Origin: Solobacterium sp. UBA3303
GTDB taxonomy: Bacteria > Bacillota_I > Bacilli_A > Erysipelotrichales > Erysipelotrichaceae
Direction of reading: 5' to 3'
DNA length: 64,000 nt
Assembly: GCA_002362065.1 (NCBI GenBank)
Contig: DESX01000013.1
Location: 1,567 to 65,566, forward strand
Both the position numbers and the translations under genes were made by a program. The notes under the pieces are model-generated. The model did not search any database. It had not been told where the DNA came from and worked only from the letters and a program-made list of their open reading frames with translations. Below are positions 1 to 10,580 of this stretch, piece after piece; within the stretch, counting starts at the first letter, position 1; the number at the start of each line of letters is the position of its first letter.

Positions 1-1
1 C

Positions 2-1771
2 AAAACGTTTTTCTCCAAACCGTACAATGTGCTGCTGGTATTGTTCCTGGTCTTCCTGGGATTCCTTGTCGTACTCCCTCTGATCTCGATCGTCAGGGAT
101 ACCTTCATCGTTCACTCAGCTGAAAAATCCAGGGTCCATCAGGCAGTCGGCACGTTTACGACGTATCACTGGGAAAGACTGTTCGGCAAGCAGTTCTCCA
201 AATCCCTTCTGTGGGATCCTTTGAAGAACTCGATCGTGACAAGCGCCTGGGCATGTGTCGTTTCAATACTGATCGGCGGCTCCTTTGCCTGGCTGGTCTC
301 CCGCAGTGATATGCGCTGGAAAAAGCTTTTAACGAAACTTTTCATCTTCCCTTACATCATGCCGAGCTGGACACTGGCTCTGGCCTGGAAGAACTTTTTC
401 AAGAACATCGATATCACCGGTTCCAACGGTATCTTCTATTCCCTGACGGGTCTTCAGGTACCGACCTGGTTTGCCTATGGTGAATTCCCGATCATCATCG
501 TGACTGGTCTTCACTATGCGCCATTCGCCTATATCCTGATCGGCGGTATCCTGCACAACATGGATGCCAACCTCGAGGAAGCGGCGATCATCTTAAAGAC
601 GAGCCGTTTAAGGATGTTTTTACGCATCACGATCCCGATCGTCATGCCGGCCGTTCTTTCGACGATCATCCTGGTCTTCTCCGGCGCAATGGCATCCTTT
701 GCCACGCCGCAGTTCCTGGGCCTGCCGGTAAGATACTTCGTGCTGACGACCGAACTCTATGCTTCGATCAACGGCACCAATCCGGGCGTCGGCTATATCC
801 TGGCGATGATCATGATTTTGATCTCCGTCATCATCATGGCGGTCAACCAGCGTCTGATCGGAAGCCGCAAATCCTATGCGACCGTTACCGGCAAGAGTGC
901 CAACATCTCGATCTTCCATCTGGGTGTCTGGCGTACGCCGATCTCCATACTGGCCTTCATCGTCGTCATGTGCATGTCGGTCATCCCACTGGTCACCTTT
1001 GCCTTGGAATCCTTACTGGCATATACCGGTGTCTATGATTTCAGCAATCTGACATTAAGCTTCTGGATCGGCCAGGCACAGGGCCATGACACCTGGCAAT
1101 CGGAATCAGGCATCCTGCGTAACGCGGAAGTCTACCGCACCTTGTGGAACTCTTTGAAGCTTGCCTTCACCTGTTCTTTGGGTGCCGGAACATTAGGCTT
1201 CCTTGCCGGTTATTCGATCGTCCGAAGAAGGGGAAGTCTTCTTTCAAGACTGGTCGAAGATCTGACCTTTATCCCGTATCTGATCCCGTCCATGGCATTC
1301 TCGGCGATCTATCTGTCGATGTTTGCCACAAAGCACGGCATCATCCCGTCCTTGTACGGATCCTTTGCGATACTCGCTCTGATCGGTACGATCAAGTATC
1401 TGCCGATGGCTTCAAGAAGCGGCGTCAACTCGATGCTGCAGCTCTCGCCGGAGATCGAGGAAGCCGGTATCATCATGGGCGTTCCATGGGTCAAGCGCAT
1501 GACGCGCATCATCATCCCGATCGAAAAGACGACGATCGTTTCCGGCTATCTGCTGCCGTTCATATCAGCGATGAGGGAACTTTCACTGTTCGTCATCCTG
1601 GTCACAGCCAACAACAGAGTGCTCACCACATTGCTGCTGTTCTATGATGAGAAAGGCTACACCCAGTTCTCGAATGCGGTGAACCTGCTGATCATCATTG
1701 TCGTGCTTGTGATCAACTTTACGGTCGAGAAGCTGACAGGTGCTTCCATTGAAAAAGGTGTAGGAGGATAA
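2..1771 (+). CDS. ABC importer permease, fused two-domain type (5' end cut by window edge)
   Basis: The frame is open from nt 2 with no stop upstream of the GTG at 29, so the gene probably starts outside the window. Product is >580 aa and very hydrophobic, with two tandem MalF/MalG-type halves as in FbpB/ThiP-type permeases. An ABC ATPase gene follows 4 nt downstream. Confidence 0.85.
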   Translation, partial: KTFFSKPYNVLLVLFLVFLGFLVVLPLISIVRDTFIVHSAEKSRVHQAVGTFTTYHWERLFGKQFSKSLLWDPLKNSIVTSAWACVVSILIGGSFAWLVSRSDMRWKKLLTKLFIFPYIMPSWTLALAWKNFFKNIDITGSNGIFYSLTGLQVPTWFAYGEFPIIIVTGLHYAPFAYILIGGILHNMDANLEEAAIILKTSRLRMFLRITIPIVMPAVLSTIILVFSGAMASFATPQFLGLPVRYFVLTTELYASINGTNPGVGYILAMIMILISVIIMAVNQRLIGSRKSYATVTGKSANISIFHLGVWRTPISILAFIVVMCMSVIPLVTFALESLLAYTGVYDFSNLTLSFWIGQAQGHDTWQSESGILRNAEVYRTLWNSLKLAFTCSLGAGTLGFLAGYSIVRRRGSLLSRLVEDLTFIPYLIPSMAFSAIYLSMFATKHGIIPSLYGSFAILALIGTIKYLPMASRSGVNSMLQLSPEIEEAGIIMGVPWVKRMTRIIIPIEKTTIVSGYLLPFISAMRELSLFVILVTANNRVLTTLLLFYDEKGYTQFSNAVNLLIIIVVLVINFTVEKLTGASIEKGVGG

Positions 1772-1775
1772 AGAA

Positions 1776-2888
1776 ATGCCAACGATTAGATTAGTTGATA
1801 TAACCAAAAAATTCGGCAAGGGTTCCCTGGCCGTTGATAAACTGAACATGGAGATCAAAAACGGCGAATTCGTTTCGCTGCTGGGTCCTTCGGGCTGCGG
1901 CAAGACGACGACGCTTAGAATGATCGCGGGTCTTGAAACGCCGACGGAAGGTGAGATCTACTTTGATGATGAATGCGTCTTTTCCGATGAAAAGGGCATC
2001 AACCTTTCCCCGGACAAGCGAAACGTCGGTTTCCTGTTTCAGAACTATGCATTATGGCCTCACATGACGGTCTACAAGAACATCTCCTTTGGTCTTGAAA
2101 ACATGAAGTGGCCAAAAGACAAGATCGACGCAAGGGTCAAAGAGATCTGCAAGACCATGCGTATCGAAGAATACATGAACCGCTATCCGGCAGAGCTCTC
2201 TGGTGGTCAGCAGCAGCGTGTCGCCATCGCAAGAACACTGGCACCAAATCCAAAAGTCTTACTGATGGATGAACCTTTGTCCAACCTCGATGCGAAATTA
2301 AGGAACGACATGCGTGCCGAACTCAAGAGACTTCACAAGACGACGGATTCCACCTTCGTCTACGTCACCCATGACCAGTCGGAAGCCATGACGCTGTCCA
2401 GCAAGGTCGCTTTGATCAAGCTCGGCATCCTGCAGCAGTACTGCCCGCCGCTTGAGCTCTATGGCGAACCGGCCAACATCTTCTGTGCGGACTTCATGGG
2501 CAACCCGTCCATGAACTTCGTCGATGTCAAAGGCGTCAAGGACGGTGATTCTCTGATCTTAAGCAACGATCACTTCAAAGTGCGTTTCACGCCAAACGAA
2601 AAGATCGAACTGAAAGATAAGGATTATGTCATCGGTATCCGTCCGGAATTCGTGAAGATCTGCGATGATGGCATTGAAGCCAAAGTCATCTCATCCCTTC
2701 CTTCCGGCATGGAAACCACACTGTCCTTAGGCATTGGCACAGTCACACTGGCAGCCGTTGCCTTTGGCTCCGTTGACTACGCCATGGATTCCACCGTTCA
2801 TTTTGATTTTGAAGGAAACAGATACGTTCTCTTTGACAAGGAAAGTGAAGAGAACCTGACACTTGGATCCCTTGAGATCGTTGAATGA
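1776..2888 (+). CDS. ABC transporter ATP-binding protein (MalK/PotA/FbpC-like with C-terminal regulatory domain)
   Basis: Walker A GPSGCGKTT, signature LSGGQQQRV, Walker B LLMDEP. About 130 aa of TOBE-like C-terminal extension. SD aggagga lies upstream of the ATG. Confidence 0.93.
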   Translation: MPTIRLVDITKKFGKGSLAVDKLNMEIKNGEFVSLLGPSGCGKTTTLRMIAGLETPTEGEIYFDDECVFSDEKGINLSPDKRNVGFLFQNYALWPHMTVYKNISFGLENMKWPKDKIDARVKEICKTMRIEEYMNRYPAELSGGQQQRVAIARTLAPNPKVLLMDEPLSNLDAKLRNDMRAELKRLHKTTDSTFVYVTHDQSEAMTLSSKVALIKLGILQQYCPPLELYGEPANIFCADFMGNPSMNFVDVKGVKDGDSLILSNDHFKVRFTPNEKIELKDKDYVIGIRPEFVKICDDGIEAKVISSLPSGMETTLSLGIGTVTLAAVAFGSVDYAMDSTVHFDFEGNRYVLFDKESEENLTLGSLEIVE

Positions 2889-3532
2889 TGGAAAAGGAAC
2901 CATTTGAAAACAGAATGAATAAACTCGCAGGACGACTCACCAACATCGTCCTGCTTGGTTTTTTTACGCTTGTCTGCTCCCTGCCGGTCTTTACGGCAGG
3001 TGCGGCTTTTACCGCCTTGTATGTGTCGATGAAGCAGTATCTCAAATACGAGGAAGACAAGGCATTGAGGATCTTCTTTCCGGCCTTTAAGGAAAGATTC
3101 TGGATCTCGACGAAGGTCTTTCTTGTACATCTTGTTTTGATCGCGATCTTTGTCTGGGATCTTCTGTATTACCGGACCGGCAATTCGACGATCGACTACA
3201 TCGGCCAGGCGGGAAGCTTTTCTTTGCTGATGCTTAGCATATTTGAACTGACGGTGGTCTTTGTGGTGATCGGAGAGGAGCTTTGTGAAAACAAAGCCCT
3301 TGTCGTCATCAGGACCGCTCTGGATATGGCCTTTTCCTGTTTCAAGGAATCCGCTTCCCTGCTGGGATTAACGATCGCGGCAATCGTGATCTGCGTCGTG
3401 CTGTTAAGGCCGTTTATCCTGGTACTTCCGGGTGTGATCGCCTATCTTCACTATCCGATCATTGAAAAGATGCTAGAACGCTATCGTTTTCAAGTCAATC
3501 ACAAACAATATCTCAAGAGGGAAAAGAAATGA
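2885..3532 (+). CDS. DUF624 (YesL-like) integral membrane protein
   Basis: 215 aa with several TM helices. The N-terminus (NKLAGRLTNIVLLGFFTLVCSLPVFTAGAAFTALY) matches the YesL/DUF624 pattern usually found in carbohydrate ABC loci. ATGA overlap with the upstream ATPase gene. Confidence 0.65.
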   Translation: MMEKEPFENRMNKLAGRLTNIVLLGFFTLVCSLPVFTAGAAFTALYVSMKQYLKYEEDKALRIFFPAFKERFWISTKVFLVHLVLIAIFVWDLLYYRTGNSTIDYIGQAGSFSLLMLSIFELTVVFVVIGEELCENKALVVIRTALDMAFSCFKESASLLGLTIAAIVICVVLLRPFILVLPGVIAYLHYPIIEKMLERYRFQVNHKQYLKREKK

Positions 3533-4485
3533 AATATAAAAAGGTCGAACGTTTAGGGATCGAAGTTTCTGCGATCGCCTTAGGCACCTGGGGTATCGGC
3601 GCTGCCGGCTGGGGCGATGTGAAGGATGAAGAGTCGATCGAAACGATCCGCTATATGGTGGAGCGCGGTGTCAACGTCATCGATACCGCACCGGTCTATG
3701 GCCTTGGTCATTCCGAGATGATCGTCGGCAAAGCTTTGGGAGGCATCAGAGACAAGGTCTTCCTGGTCTCCAAATGCGGCATCACCCGCAAAAAGGCGAC
3801 CGGTTTTGGAAAGGATGGTCCAATAAGGGACTCTTCACCGGAAATGATCCTGAAACAGGTGGATGAAAGTCTGGAGAGATTAAAGACCGATCATCTTGAT
3901 CTCTTATTGATCCACTGGCCGGATGTCAATACGCCGTTTGAAAAGACCGCAGAGGCTCTTGAACAGCTCAAAGCGGAAGGAAAGATCCGCTTCAGCGGCA
4001 TCTGCAATTTTGAAAACGATCAGATCGACGCGTTCTATGAAACCGGACAGCTCGACTTTGCGCAATACCAGTATTCACTGCTGGAAGACAAGTGGCAAAG
4101 AAACCTTCACAAGTACCATGAGCTTGGCGTTGCCACGATGGCCTATGGTGCTTTGGGCGGCGGCATCCTGACGGGTGCTTATCGCAAGATGCCGACATTT
4201 GCGGATGATGACATGCGTCTGAACTTCTATCCGTTCTTTAAAGAGGGGCGCTTTGAAAAGACGATGGAGCTTCTTGAAGTGATGGATGAGATCGCAAAAA
4301 ATCACAATGTCGATGTCGGCGAGGTGGCGATCAATTACACGGCTGATCATAAAGATGTCACGATGGCCCTGGTCGGCTGTTCAAAGCCAAAACACGCAAA
4401 GATGAACTGCGATGCATTGGAGTGGCAGATGAGTGATGCAGAAAAAGCCATCCTGGAAGAGGCGGCAAAAAAAGCCCGTACATAA
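3529..4485 (+). CDS. aldo/keto reductase
   Basis: 318 aa. AKR hallmarks: GTWGIG near the N-terminus, IDTAPVYG (catalytic Tyr), LLLIHWPD, and a C-terminal NADPH-binding region. ATGA overlap with the upstream gene. Confidence 0.9.
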   Translation: MKYKKVERLGIEVSAIALGTWGIGAAGWGDVKDEESIETIRYMVERGVNVIDTAPVYGLGHSEMIVGKALGGIRDKVFLVSKCGITRKKATGFGKDGPIRDSSPEMILKQVDESLERLKTDHLDLLLIHWPDVNTPFEKTAEALEQLKAEGKIRFSGICNFENDQIDAFYETGQLDFAQYQYSLLEDKWQRNLHKYHELGVATMAYGALGGGILTGAYRKMPTFADDDMRLNFYPFFKEGRFEKTMELLEVMDEIAKNHNVDVGEVAINYTADHKDVTMALVGCSKPKHAKMNCDALEWQMSDAEKAILEEAAKKART

Positions 4486-4491
4486 ACAAAC

Positions 4492-4522
4492 AAAAATCCT
4501 GGCCTTGCGGTCAGGATTTTTT
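4492..4522. terminator. bidirectional intrinsic terminator between convergent genes
   Basis: aaaaatcctg (4492-4501) pairs with caggattttt (4512-4521) around a 10-nt loop. A-run and T-run on either side allow function on both strands. Confidence 0.7.
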
Positions 4523-4525
4523 CTT

Positions 4526-5011
4526 CTAGATCAGTTCGATCGTTTTGATCTTTTGCGGCTCCAATGGCTTATCGCGGAAGTCAGTTCTGACATTTGCGAT
4601 CTCATCGACGACTTCGATGCCGCTGGTGAGCTTGCCGAAAGCTGCGTACTGGCCATCGAGATGCGGTGCATCCTGGTGCATGATGAAGAATTGCGAAGAG
4701 GCGGAGTTCGGATCCATCGTTCTCGCCATTGAAAGGACGCCTCTGGTGTGCTTGAGCTCATTGACAAAGCCGTTGGAGAGGAATTCACCGCGGATGGTCT
4801 TTTCAGATCCGCCCATGCCTGTGCCGGTCGGATCGCCGCCCTGTATCATGAAGCCTTTGATGACTCTGTGGAAGATGATGCCGTCAAAGAATTTTTCCTT
4901 GATCAGCTGCACAAAATTGGCAACTGTTTCCGGCGCTGTGTCCGGATAAAGCTCGGCTTCCATCTGTTTTCCGTTTTCCATAATGATTCTGATTTTAATA
5001 TTTTCCATCAT
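4526..5011 (-). CDS. ppiB: peptidyl-prolyl cis-trans isomerase, cyclophilin type
   Basis: 161 aa. FHRVIKGFMIQGGDP and SMARTMDPNSASSQFFI are classic cyclophilin motifs. Confidence 0.93.
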   Translation of the reverse strand: MMENIKIRIIMENGKQMEAELYPDTAPETVANFVQLIKEKFFDGIIFHRVIKGFMIQGGDPTGTGMGGSEKTIRGEFLSNGFVNELKHTRGVLSMARTMDPNSASSQFFIMHQDAPHLDGQYAAFGKLTSGIEVVDEIANVRTDFRDKPLEPQKIKTIELI

Positions 5012-5081
5012 TCATAACCTCGTATCCTCATTCTAACATTTTGAGATATAATATTTTCAAATAAATAGATCGGAGGCAGAC

Positions 5082-6431
5082 ATGAACAGATATGTTGAAG
5101 ATGTAATAGCTTATGTTGAAGACAAATATGCCCATCAGCCTGAATTCGTCCAGACTGTAGAAGAAGTTCTGACTTCGATCGCTCCGGTCGTCGACAAACA
5201 CCCGGAGTATGAGAAAGCAGATCTTCTCAAGAGAATGGTCGAACCCGAAAGGATCTTCAGATTTCGGGTCGTATGGACGGATGATCAGGGAAAGACGCAG
5301 ACAAATGTGGGCTATCGCTGCCAGTTCAATGGTGCGATCGGACCTTACAAGGGCGGTCTTCGATTCAAGGACAATGTCAATGAAAGCCTGATGAAGTTCC
5401 TGGGTTTTGAACAGACATTCAAAAATTCACTGACCGGTCAGCCGATCGGCGGTGCAAAAGGCGGAAGTGATTTCGATCCGAAGGGCAAATCAGATGGCGA
5501 GATCATGCGTTTCTGCCAGAGTTTCATGACGGCTTTATACCGTTATATCGGACCGGATGTCGATGTACCGGCCGGTGACATCGGTGTCGGTTCCAGAGAG
5601 ATCGGCTATCTCTATGGCCAGTACAGAAGGCTCAAAGGCGCTTTTGAAAACGGCGTCCTCACCGGCAAGGGTTTAAGCTATGGCGGATCCCTGATCCGTC
5701 CGGAAGCGACCGGCTATGGTGCGATATATTATCTTGAAGAAGTTTTAAAACACGAAGGCGATTCGCTGCAAGGCAAAAAGATCGCAGTCTCCGGTTATGG
5801 CAATGTCTCCTGGGGCATCATGAAGAAAGCTGCCCAGCTGGGTGCCAAGGTCACCTACATGTCCGGTTCTGCCGGATACATCCATGACGAAGAGGGCATC
5901 TCCACGCCGGAGAAGCTGCAGTTCATCCTGGACCTTCGTGCCAGCAATTCCAAGGATCTGAAATCCTATGCGGATAAATTCGGCTGTGAGTTCTATCCGA
6001 ACCAGACCTTCTGGGGCGTCGATGACGTCGATATCTACATGCCTGCCGCAACGCAGAACGAAGTCGGCATGGCCGAAGCGGAAAAGATCGTGAAGTCCGG
6101 TATAAAGTACTATCTGGAAGTATCCAACATGCCGACATCCAACGAAGCGATACAGTATATGAAGGAGCACGGTATCATCGTGGCGCCATCCAAGGCAGTC
6201 AACGCCGGAGGCGTCGGTGTCTCGGCGCTTGAAATGTCACAGAACTCCGAGCGTCTTTCCTGGACGGAAGAGGAAGTCGACAACAGACTGAAGACCATGA
6301 TGAAGAACATCTACGACAAGTCTGTTGAAGCTGCAGCCCGTTATGGCCTGGGCTATGATCTGATCGCCGGAGGCAATATCGCCGGTTTTGAAAAAGTGGC
6401 ACAGGCGATGATGGAACAGGGTTTATTCTGA
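5082..6431 (+). CDS. gdhA: NADP-specific glutamate dehydrogenase
   Basis: 449 aa. PYKGGLRF and GQPIGGAKGGSDFDPKGKS (catalytic Lys region), plus Rossmann GYGNVSWG. Confidence 0.95.
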   Translation: MNRYVEDVIAYVEDKYAHQPEFVQTVEEVLTSIAPVVDKHPEYEKADLLKRMVEPERIFRFRVVWTDDQGKTQTNVGYRCQFNGAIGPYKGGLRFKDNVNESLMKFLGFEQTFKNSLTGQPIGGAKGGSDFDPKGKSDGEIMRFCQSFMTALYRYIGPDVDVPAGDIGVGSREIGYLYGQYRRLKGAFENGVLTGKGLSYGGSLIRPEATGYGAIYYLEEVLKHEGDSLQGKKIAVSGYGNVSWGIMKKAAQLGAKVTYMSGSAGYIHDEEGISTPEKLQFILDLRASNSKDLKSYADKFGCEFYPNQTFWGVDDVDIYMPAATQNEVGMAEAEKIVKSGIKYYLEVSNMPTSNEAIQYMKEHGIIVAPSKAVNAGGVGVSALEMSQNSERLSWTEEEVDNRLKTMMKNIYDKSVEAAARYGLGYDLIAGGNIAGFEKVAQAMMEQGLF

Positions 6432-6850
6432 TGGAAGCTTTAAAGGAATACGTAAAACACTATTACACAACTGAGAATTACAATTGCGCAGAGGCGATCA
6501 TTCATGGCGCCAATGACTGTTACGGACTCAACATTACCGAAGACGACATGAAGATGTTCGGCGCTTATGGTTCGGGCATCTATGCGGGACTTGTCTGCGG
6601 TGCTCTGGTCTCAGGAGCTGCCGTCTTATCGAAAATGGTCGTTGTAAACAAGGCCAGGGAAGAAGGCGACACGGTCAGACCCGTGATCAATGGCTTTGTA
6701 AGGACCTTCAACGAGATCCTGCAGGGCAACTCCTGCAGGGAGCTTCGCCCAAAGTACTTCAATCCCAAGGAGTCTTGCTTACAGACAGTGCTGCTGGCAA
6801 GCGAGGCACTGGAGATCTGCGTAAACAAACTGAAACAGGAGAGTATGTGA
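6431..6850 (+). CDS. C_GCAxxG_C_C family protein (putative redox-active)
   Basis: 139 aa. YNCAEAI and CGALVSG with further C-terminal Cys residues fit the C-GCAxxG-C-C family. Its start overlaps the gdhA stop (TGATG). Confidence 0.7.
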   Translation: MEALKEYVKHYYTTENYNCAEAIIHGANDCYGLNITEDDMKMFGAYGSGIYAGLVCGALVSGAAVLSKMVVVNKAREEGDTVRPVINGFVRTFNEILQGNSCRELRPKYFNPKESCLQTVLLASEALEICVNKLKQESM

Positions 6851-6869
6851 ATGCATACTCTTTTTCTTT
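6841..6869 (+). terminator. intrinsic terminator after gdhA operon
   Basis: gagtatgt/gcatactc 8-bp stem followed by tttttcttt. It overlaps the stop codon. Confidence 0.6.
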
Positions 6870-6914
6870 GATGTCTTATAATGAATATAGAACATATTTA
6901 TAAGGGGACATCAT

Positions 6915-8249
6915 ATGAAACTGAATTACAAGAGAACCTTTATCGTCGGACTGGCTTTTTTGTCGATCTGCGCCTTCTGGCAAATGTACGACAATGTCGT
7001 TCCGCTCATTTTGACGAATACCTTCCATCTCAATGAGACGTATTCCGGTGCGATCATGGCAGCCGACAATATCCTGGCACTTTTCCTTCTGCCGTTTTTC
7101 GGTTCCCTTTCCGACAAGACGGATACAAGGATCGGCAAGCGCATGCCTTACATCCTGTTTGGCACGGGCTGTGCGATCATACTGATGAACATACTGCCGT
7201 TTATCGATAACAGCTATTATACGCAGCCAAGCTCTTTCAAGATGATCAGCTTTGTCGTGGTACTGGGCCTGCTGCTGATCGCGATGGGCACCTACCGCTC
7301 GCCGGCCGTTGCCTTAATGCCGGATGTCACACCAAAACCGCTTCGTTCCAAGGCAAATGCGATCATCAATCTGATGGGTGCCGTCGGCGGCATCATCTAC
7401 TTAGGCATTGCGGCTGTTTTATATCCGAATTCCAAGACCGTTGGCGTTGCCCATGTCAATTACCAGATCTTATTCGTGGTCGTTTCGGCGATCATGTTTG
7501 TGGCTGTCGGACTCTTATTCCTGATCATCAAGGAAAAAGACCTCGTTCTGGAAAACAGACTTCTGGAATCCGAACATCCGGAATGGAACCTGGCTGAGGA
7601 AGACGGGTCCGGTCATGAACAATTGCCGCCGGAAGTCAAACGCTCTTTAGGTTTCCTTCTGGCATCGATCGCCTTATGGTTCATCGGCTACAACGGCGTC
7701 ACGACATGGTTTACGACCTATGTTGCCAACGTCATGGGCCAGGGCCTGGGCGGTGCTTCCACATGTCTTTTGGTGGCAACGGCAGGTGCGATCGTCTCCT
7801 ACATCCCGATCGGAAACATCGCTTCCAAGATCGGCCGCAGGAAGACCATCATGGGCGGTATCGTATTGTTGTCTTTGATGTTTGCACTTGGCTTTGTTCT
7901 GACCAACATCTTCAAGACCATCAACCTGATCATGTACATCTCCTTCGCTTTAGTCGGTCTTGCCTGGGCAGCGATCAACGTTAACTCGCTTCCGATGGTC
8001 GTTGAGATGTGCAAGGGTTCCGATATCGGCAAATTTACCGGTTACTATTACACCGCATCCATGGCGGCGCAGATCGTCACACCGATCCTGGCTGGTACTT
8101 TGATGCGTCTGATCTCCTACAAGATCCTGTTCATCTATTCGGCGTTCTTTGTCTTGCTGTCCTTTGTGACGATGACCCAGGTCAGACACGGCGACCAGAA
8201 GGTCGAGGCAAAGAAAGGCCTTGAGGCATACGAAGCAATGGATGACTAA
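6915..8249 (+). CDS. MFS transporter (GPH/SLC45-like)
   Basis: 444 aa with about 12 predicted TM helices and a central hydrophilic loop. An MFS-type loop (DKTDTRIGKRMPY) follows TM2. Confidence 0.8.
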   Translation: MKLNYKRTFIVGLAFLSICAFWQMYDNVVPLILTNTFHLNETYSGAIMAADNILALFLLPFFGSLSDKTDTRIGKRMPYILFGTGCAIILMNILPFIDNSYYTQPSSFKMISFVVVLGLLLIAMGTYRSPAVALMPDVTPKPLRSKANAIINLMGAVGGIIYLGIAAVLYPNSKTVGVAHVNYQILFVVVSAIMFVAVGLLFLIIKEKDLVLENRLLESEHPEWNLAEEDGSGHEQLPPEVKRSLGFLLASIALWFIGYNGVTTWFTTYVANVMGQGLGGASTCLLVATAGAIVSYIPIGNIASKIGRRKTIMGGIVLLSLMFALGFVLTNIFKTINLIMYISFALVGLAWAAINVNSLPMVVEMCKGSDIGKFTGYYYTASMAAQIVTPILAGTLMRLISYKILFIYSAFFVLLSFVTMTQVRHGDQKVEAKKGLEAYEAMDD

Positions 8250-8272
8250 AATGACCTGCGGGTCATTTTTTT
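8250..8272 (+). terminator. intrinsic terminator
   Basis: aatgacc-tgcg-ggtcatt hairpin followed by a T-run. Confidence 0.75.
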
Positions 8273-8339
8273 CTGCATATTCTTACAGGGAAGGAAAGAA
8301 ACAAGGGTAGCCATGGTACAATAGGGATGAAGGAATTTA

Positions 8340-9560
8340 TTGCATATGTATCAGGGAATCAATGTTTTCAGTGAGATCGCTCCTTTAAAAACGGTCCTGC
8401 TTCATCGGCCGGGTAAGGAGCTTTTAAATCTGACTCCGGACACGCTTTCGGAACTGCTTTTTGACGATATTCCGTTTCTCAAGATCGCCAGACAGGAACA
8501 TGACATCTTTGCCGGGATCTTAAGGGAGAACGGCGTCAAGGTCCTCTATCTGGAAGAGCTGATGCGGGAAGTCCTGGAAGACAAGGAAGTCAGAAAGGCC
8601 TTCATTCAGCAGTTTGTTGAAGAGGGCTGCTTTGACAAGCGCTATCACAAGTCGCTCATTTCGTATCTGGAAAGTTTTGAGGATGATCTGCAGCTGGTCT
8701 TGAAGACGATGGAAGGCATCAAGTACAATGAAGTGTCCTCCGACATCGAAGTCTCTCTCGCCGATCTGACCGGTGACAGCAACAACATGTTAGTTGCACC
8801 GATGCCAAACCTCTACTTCACCAGGGACCCGTTTGCCACGATCGGCAATGGCGTGTGCATCAACCGCATGTACTACGAGACGCGAAGAAGAGAGACCATC
8901 TATGGCGATTACATCTTCCATCACCATCCGCTATACAAGGATATCAGAAAATACTACGACCGCAAGGATCCGTATCACATCGAGGGCGGCGATATCCTCA
9001 ATCTCAGCAAGGAGACCATAGCCATCGGCATCTCGCAAAGGACGGAAGCCAATGCGATCGAATTTCTCGCAAAGCACATCTTTCACGATGAGCAGAGTCC
9101 TTTGAAGAAGATCCTGGTCTTCTCGATCCCGAAGAACCGTTCATTCATGCATCTGGACACCGTGTTCACCCAGATCGATCATGACAAGTTCACGATCCAT
9201 CCGATGATCTCGGATACACTGCGTGTCTTCTCGCTGGAAAGAGGAACACAGGGAAACTTCTCGATCAAAAGAGAAGACGATGGCCTGGAATCGATCTTAG
9301 CCAAAGCACTCAAATTAAGTTCGTGCAAGCTCATACGCTGCGGCGGCGATGATTATATCGCCTCACAAAGGGAACAGTGGAACGATGGTTCCAATACCCT
9401 GTGCATTGCGCCAGGCAAGATCTTAGTCTATGAACGCAATGAGATCACCAACCGCTTGCTGGAATCCTATGGCATTGAAGTCTTATGCATGCCAAGCTCC
9501 GAACTCTCCCGAGGACGAGGCGGACCGCGCTGCATGTCAATGCCGTTATACAGAAAATAA
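8340..9560 (+). CDS. arcA: arginine deiminase
   Basis: 406 aa. N-terminal SEIAPLKTVLLHRPGKEL and C-terminal RGRGGPRCMSMPL (catalytic Cys). TTG start at 8340 lies 6 nt after gaagga; the ATG at 8346 is an alternative. Confidence 0.95.
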   Translation: MHMYQGINVFSEIAPLKTVLLHRPGKELLNLTPDTLSELLFDDIPFLKIARQEHDIFAGILRENGVKVLYLEELMREVLEDKEVRKAFIQQFVEEGCFDKRYHKSLISYLESFEDDLQLVLKTMEGIKYNEVSSDIEVSLADLTGDSNNMLVAPMPNLYFTRDPFATIGNGVCINRMYYETRRRETIYGDYIFHHHPLYKDIRKYYDRKDPYHIEGGDILNLSKETIAIGISQRTEANAIEFLAKHIFHDEQSPLKKILVFSIPKNRSFMHLDTVFTQIDHDKFTIHPMISDTLRVFSLERGTQGNFSIKREDDGLESILAKALKLSSCKLIRCGGDDYIASQREQWNDGSNTLCIAPGKILVYERNEITNRLLESYGIEVLCMPSSELSRGRGGPRCMSMPLYRK

Positions 9561-9578
9561 TAAGAGGGGGAAAATAAT

Positions 9579-10580
9579 ATGAAATTACAGGGAAGAAGCT
9601 TTTTAAAACTTCTGGATTATTCAAGTGAAGAGATCGAATATCTGCTCGATCTGTCCGCACGCTTCAAACAGATGAAAAAGGAAGGGGTCCCGCACCGCTT
9701 CCTGGAAGGAAAAAATATCGTTCTTTTGTTTGAAAAGACCTCGACGAGGACAAGATGTTCCTTTGAAGTGGCAGGACATGACTTAGGCATGGGTGTGACC
9801 TATCTTGATGCCGCCTCTTCGCAAATGGGACACAAGGAATCGATCGCCGATACCGCAAGAGTTTTAGGCAGGATCTATGATGGCATCGAGTACCGCGGCT
9901 ATGGACAGAAGATCGTCGAAGATCTTGCGAAGTATGCCGGTGTGCCGGTCTTCAACGGTCTGACCGATGAATTCCATCCGACACAGATGCTGGCGGATGT
10001 TCTGACGATCAAGGAACATTTCGGCGACTACCGCGGCCGGAAGCTGGTCTTCATGGGTGACGCAAGAAACAATGTCGCCAATTCCTTAATGGTTGTATGC
10101 GCGAAGCTTGGCATCCATTTTGTTGCCTGTGCGCCAAAGCAGAACTTCCCGGAAGCTTCACTGGTCGAAGAATGCGAAAAGATCGCCAAAGCTAACGGCT
10201 CTACGGTCTCACTGATCTCCGATGTCAAAGAGGCAGTGACGGACGCCGATGTCATCTATACCGATATCTGGGTTTCGATGGGCGAAGCCAAGGAACTCTG
10301 GGCGGAACGTATCAGATTATTGAGTCCATACCAGGTCAACAAGGAAGTCATGAGTTATGCAAAGAAGGATGCGATCTTCCTTCATTGCCTGCCTTCCTTC
10401 CACGATCTCAATACGACAGTTGGCAAACAGATCTATGAGAAATTCGGTCTCAAAGAAATGGAAGTCAGCGACGACGTCTTTGAATCTGAACAGTCAAAAG
10501 TCTTTGATGAAGCGGAGAACCGCATGCACACGATAAAGGCGGTCATATATGCCTGCTTATCTGATGGAAAAGACTTCTGA
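9579..10580 (+). CDS. arcB: ornithine carbamoyltransferase (catabolic context)
   Basis: 333 aa. Motifs [13 protein letters not shown] and HCLP are present. Confidence 0.95.
   Translation: MKLQGRSFLKLLDYSSEEIEYLLDLSARFKQMKKEGVPHRFLEGKNIVLLFEKTSTRTRCSFEVAGHDLGMGVTYLDAASSQMGHKESIADTARVLGRIYDGIEYRGYGQKIVEDLAKYAGVPVFNGLTDEFHPTQMLADVLTIKEHFGDYRGRKLVFMGDARNNVANSLMVVCAKLGIHFVACAPKQNFPEASLVEECEKIAKANGSTVSLISDVKEAVTDADVIYTDIWVSMGEAKELWAERIRLLSPYQVNKEVMSYAKKDAIFLHCLPSFHDLNTTVGKQIYEKFGLKEMEVSDDVFESEQSKVFDEAENRMHTIKAVIYACLSDGKDF

Noticed and set aside
6915-8249. MFS transporter upstream of arcA considered as the missing arginine/ornithine exchanger.
   Set aside because: It is separated from arcA by a clear intrinsic terminator (8250-8272). 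It resembles GPH/SLC45-type sugar carriers rather than APC-family ArcD. There is no evidence for a link.
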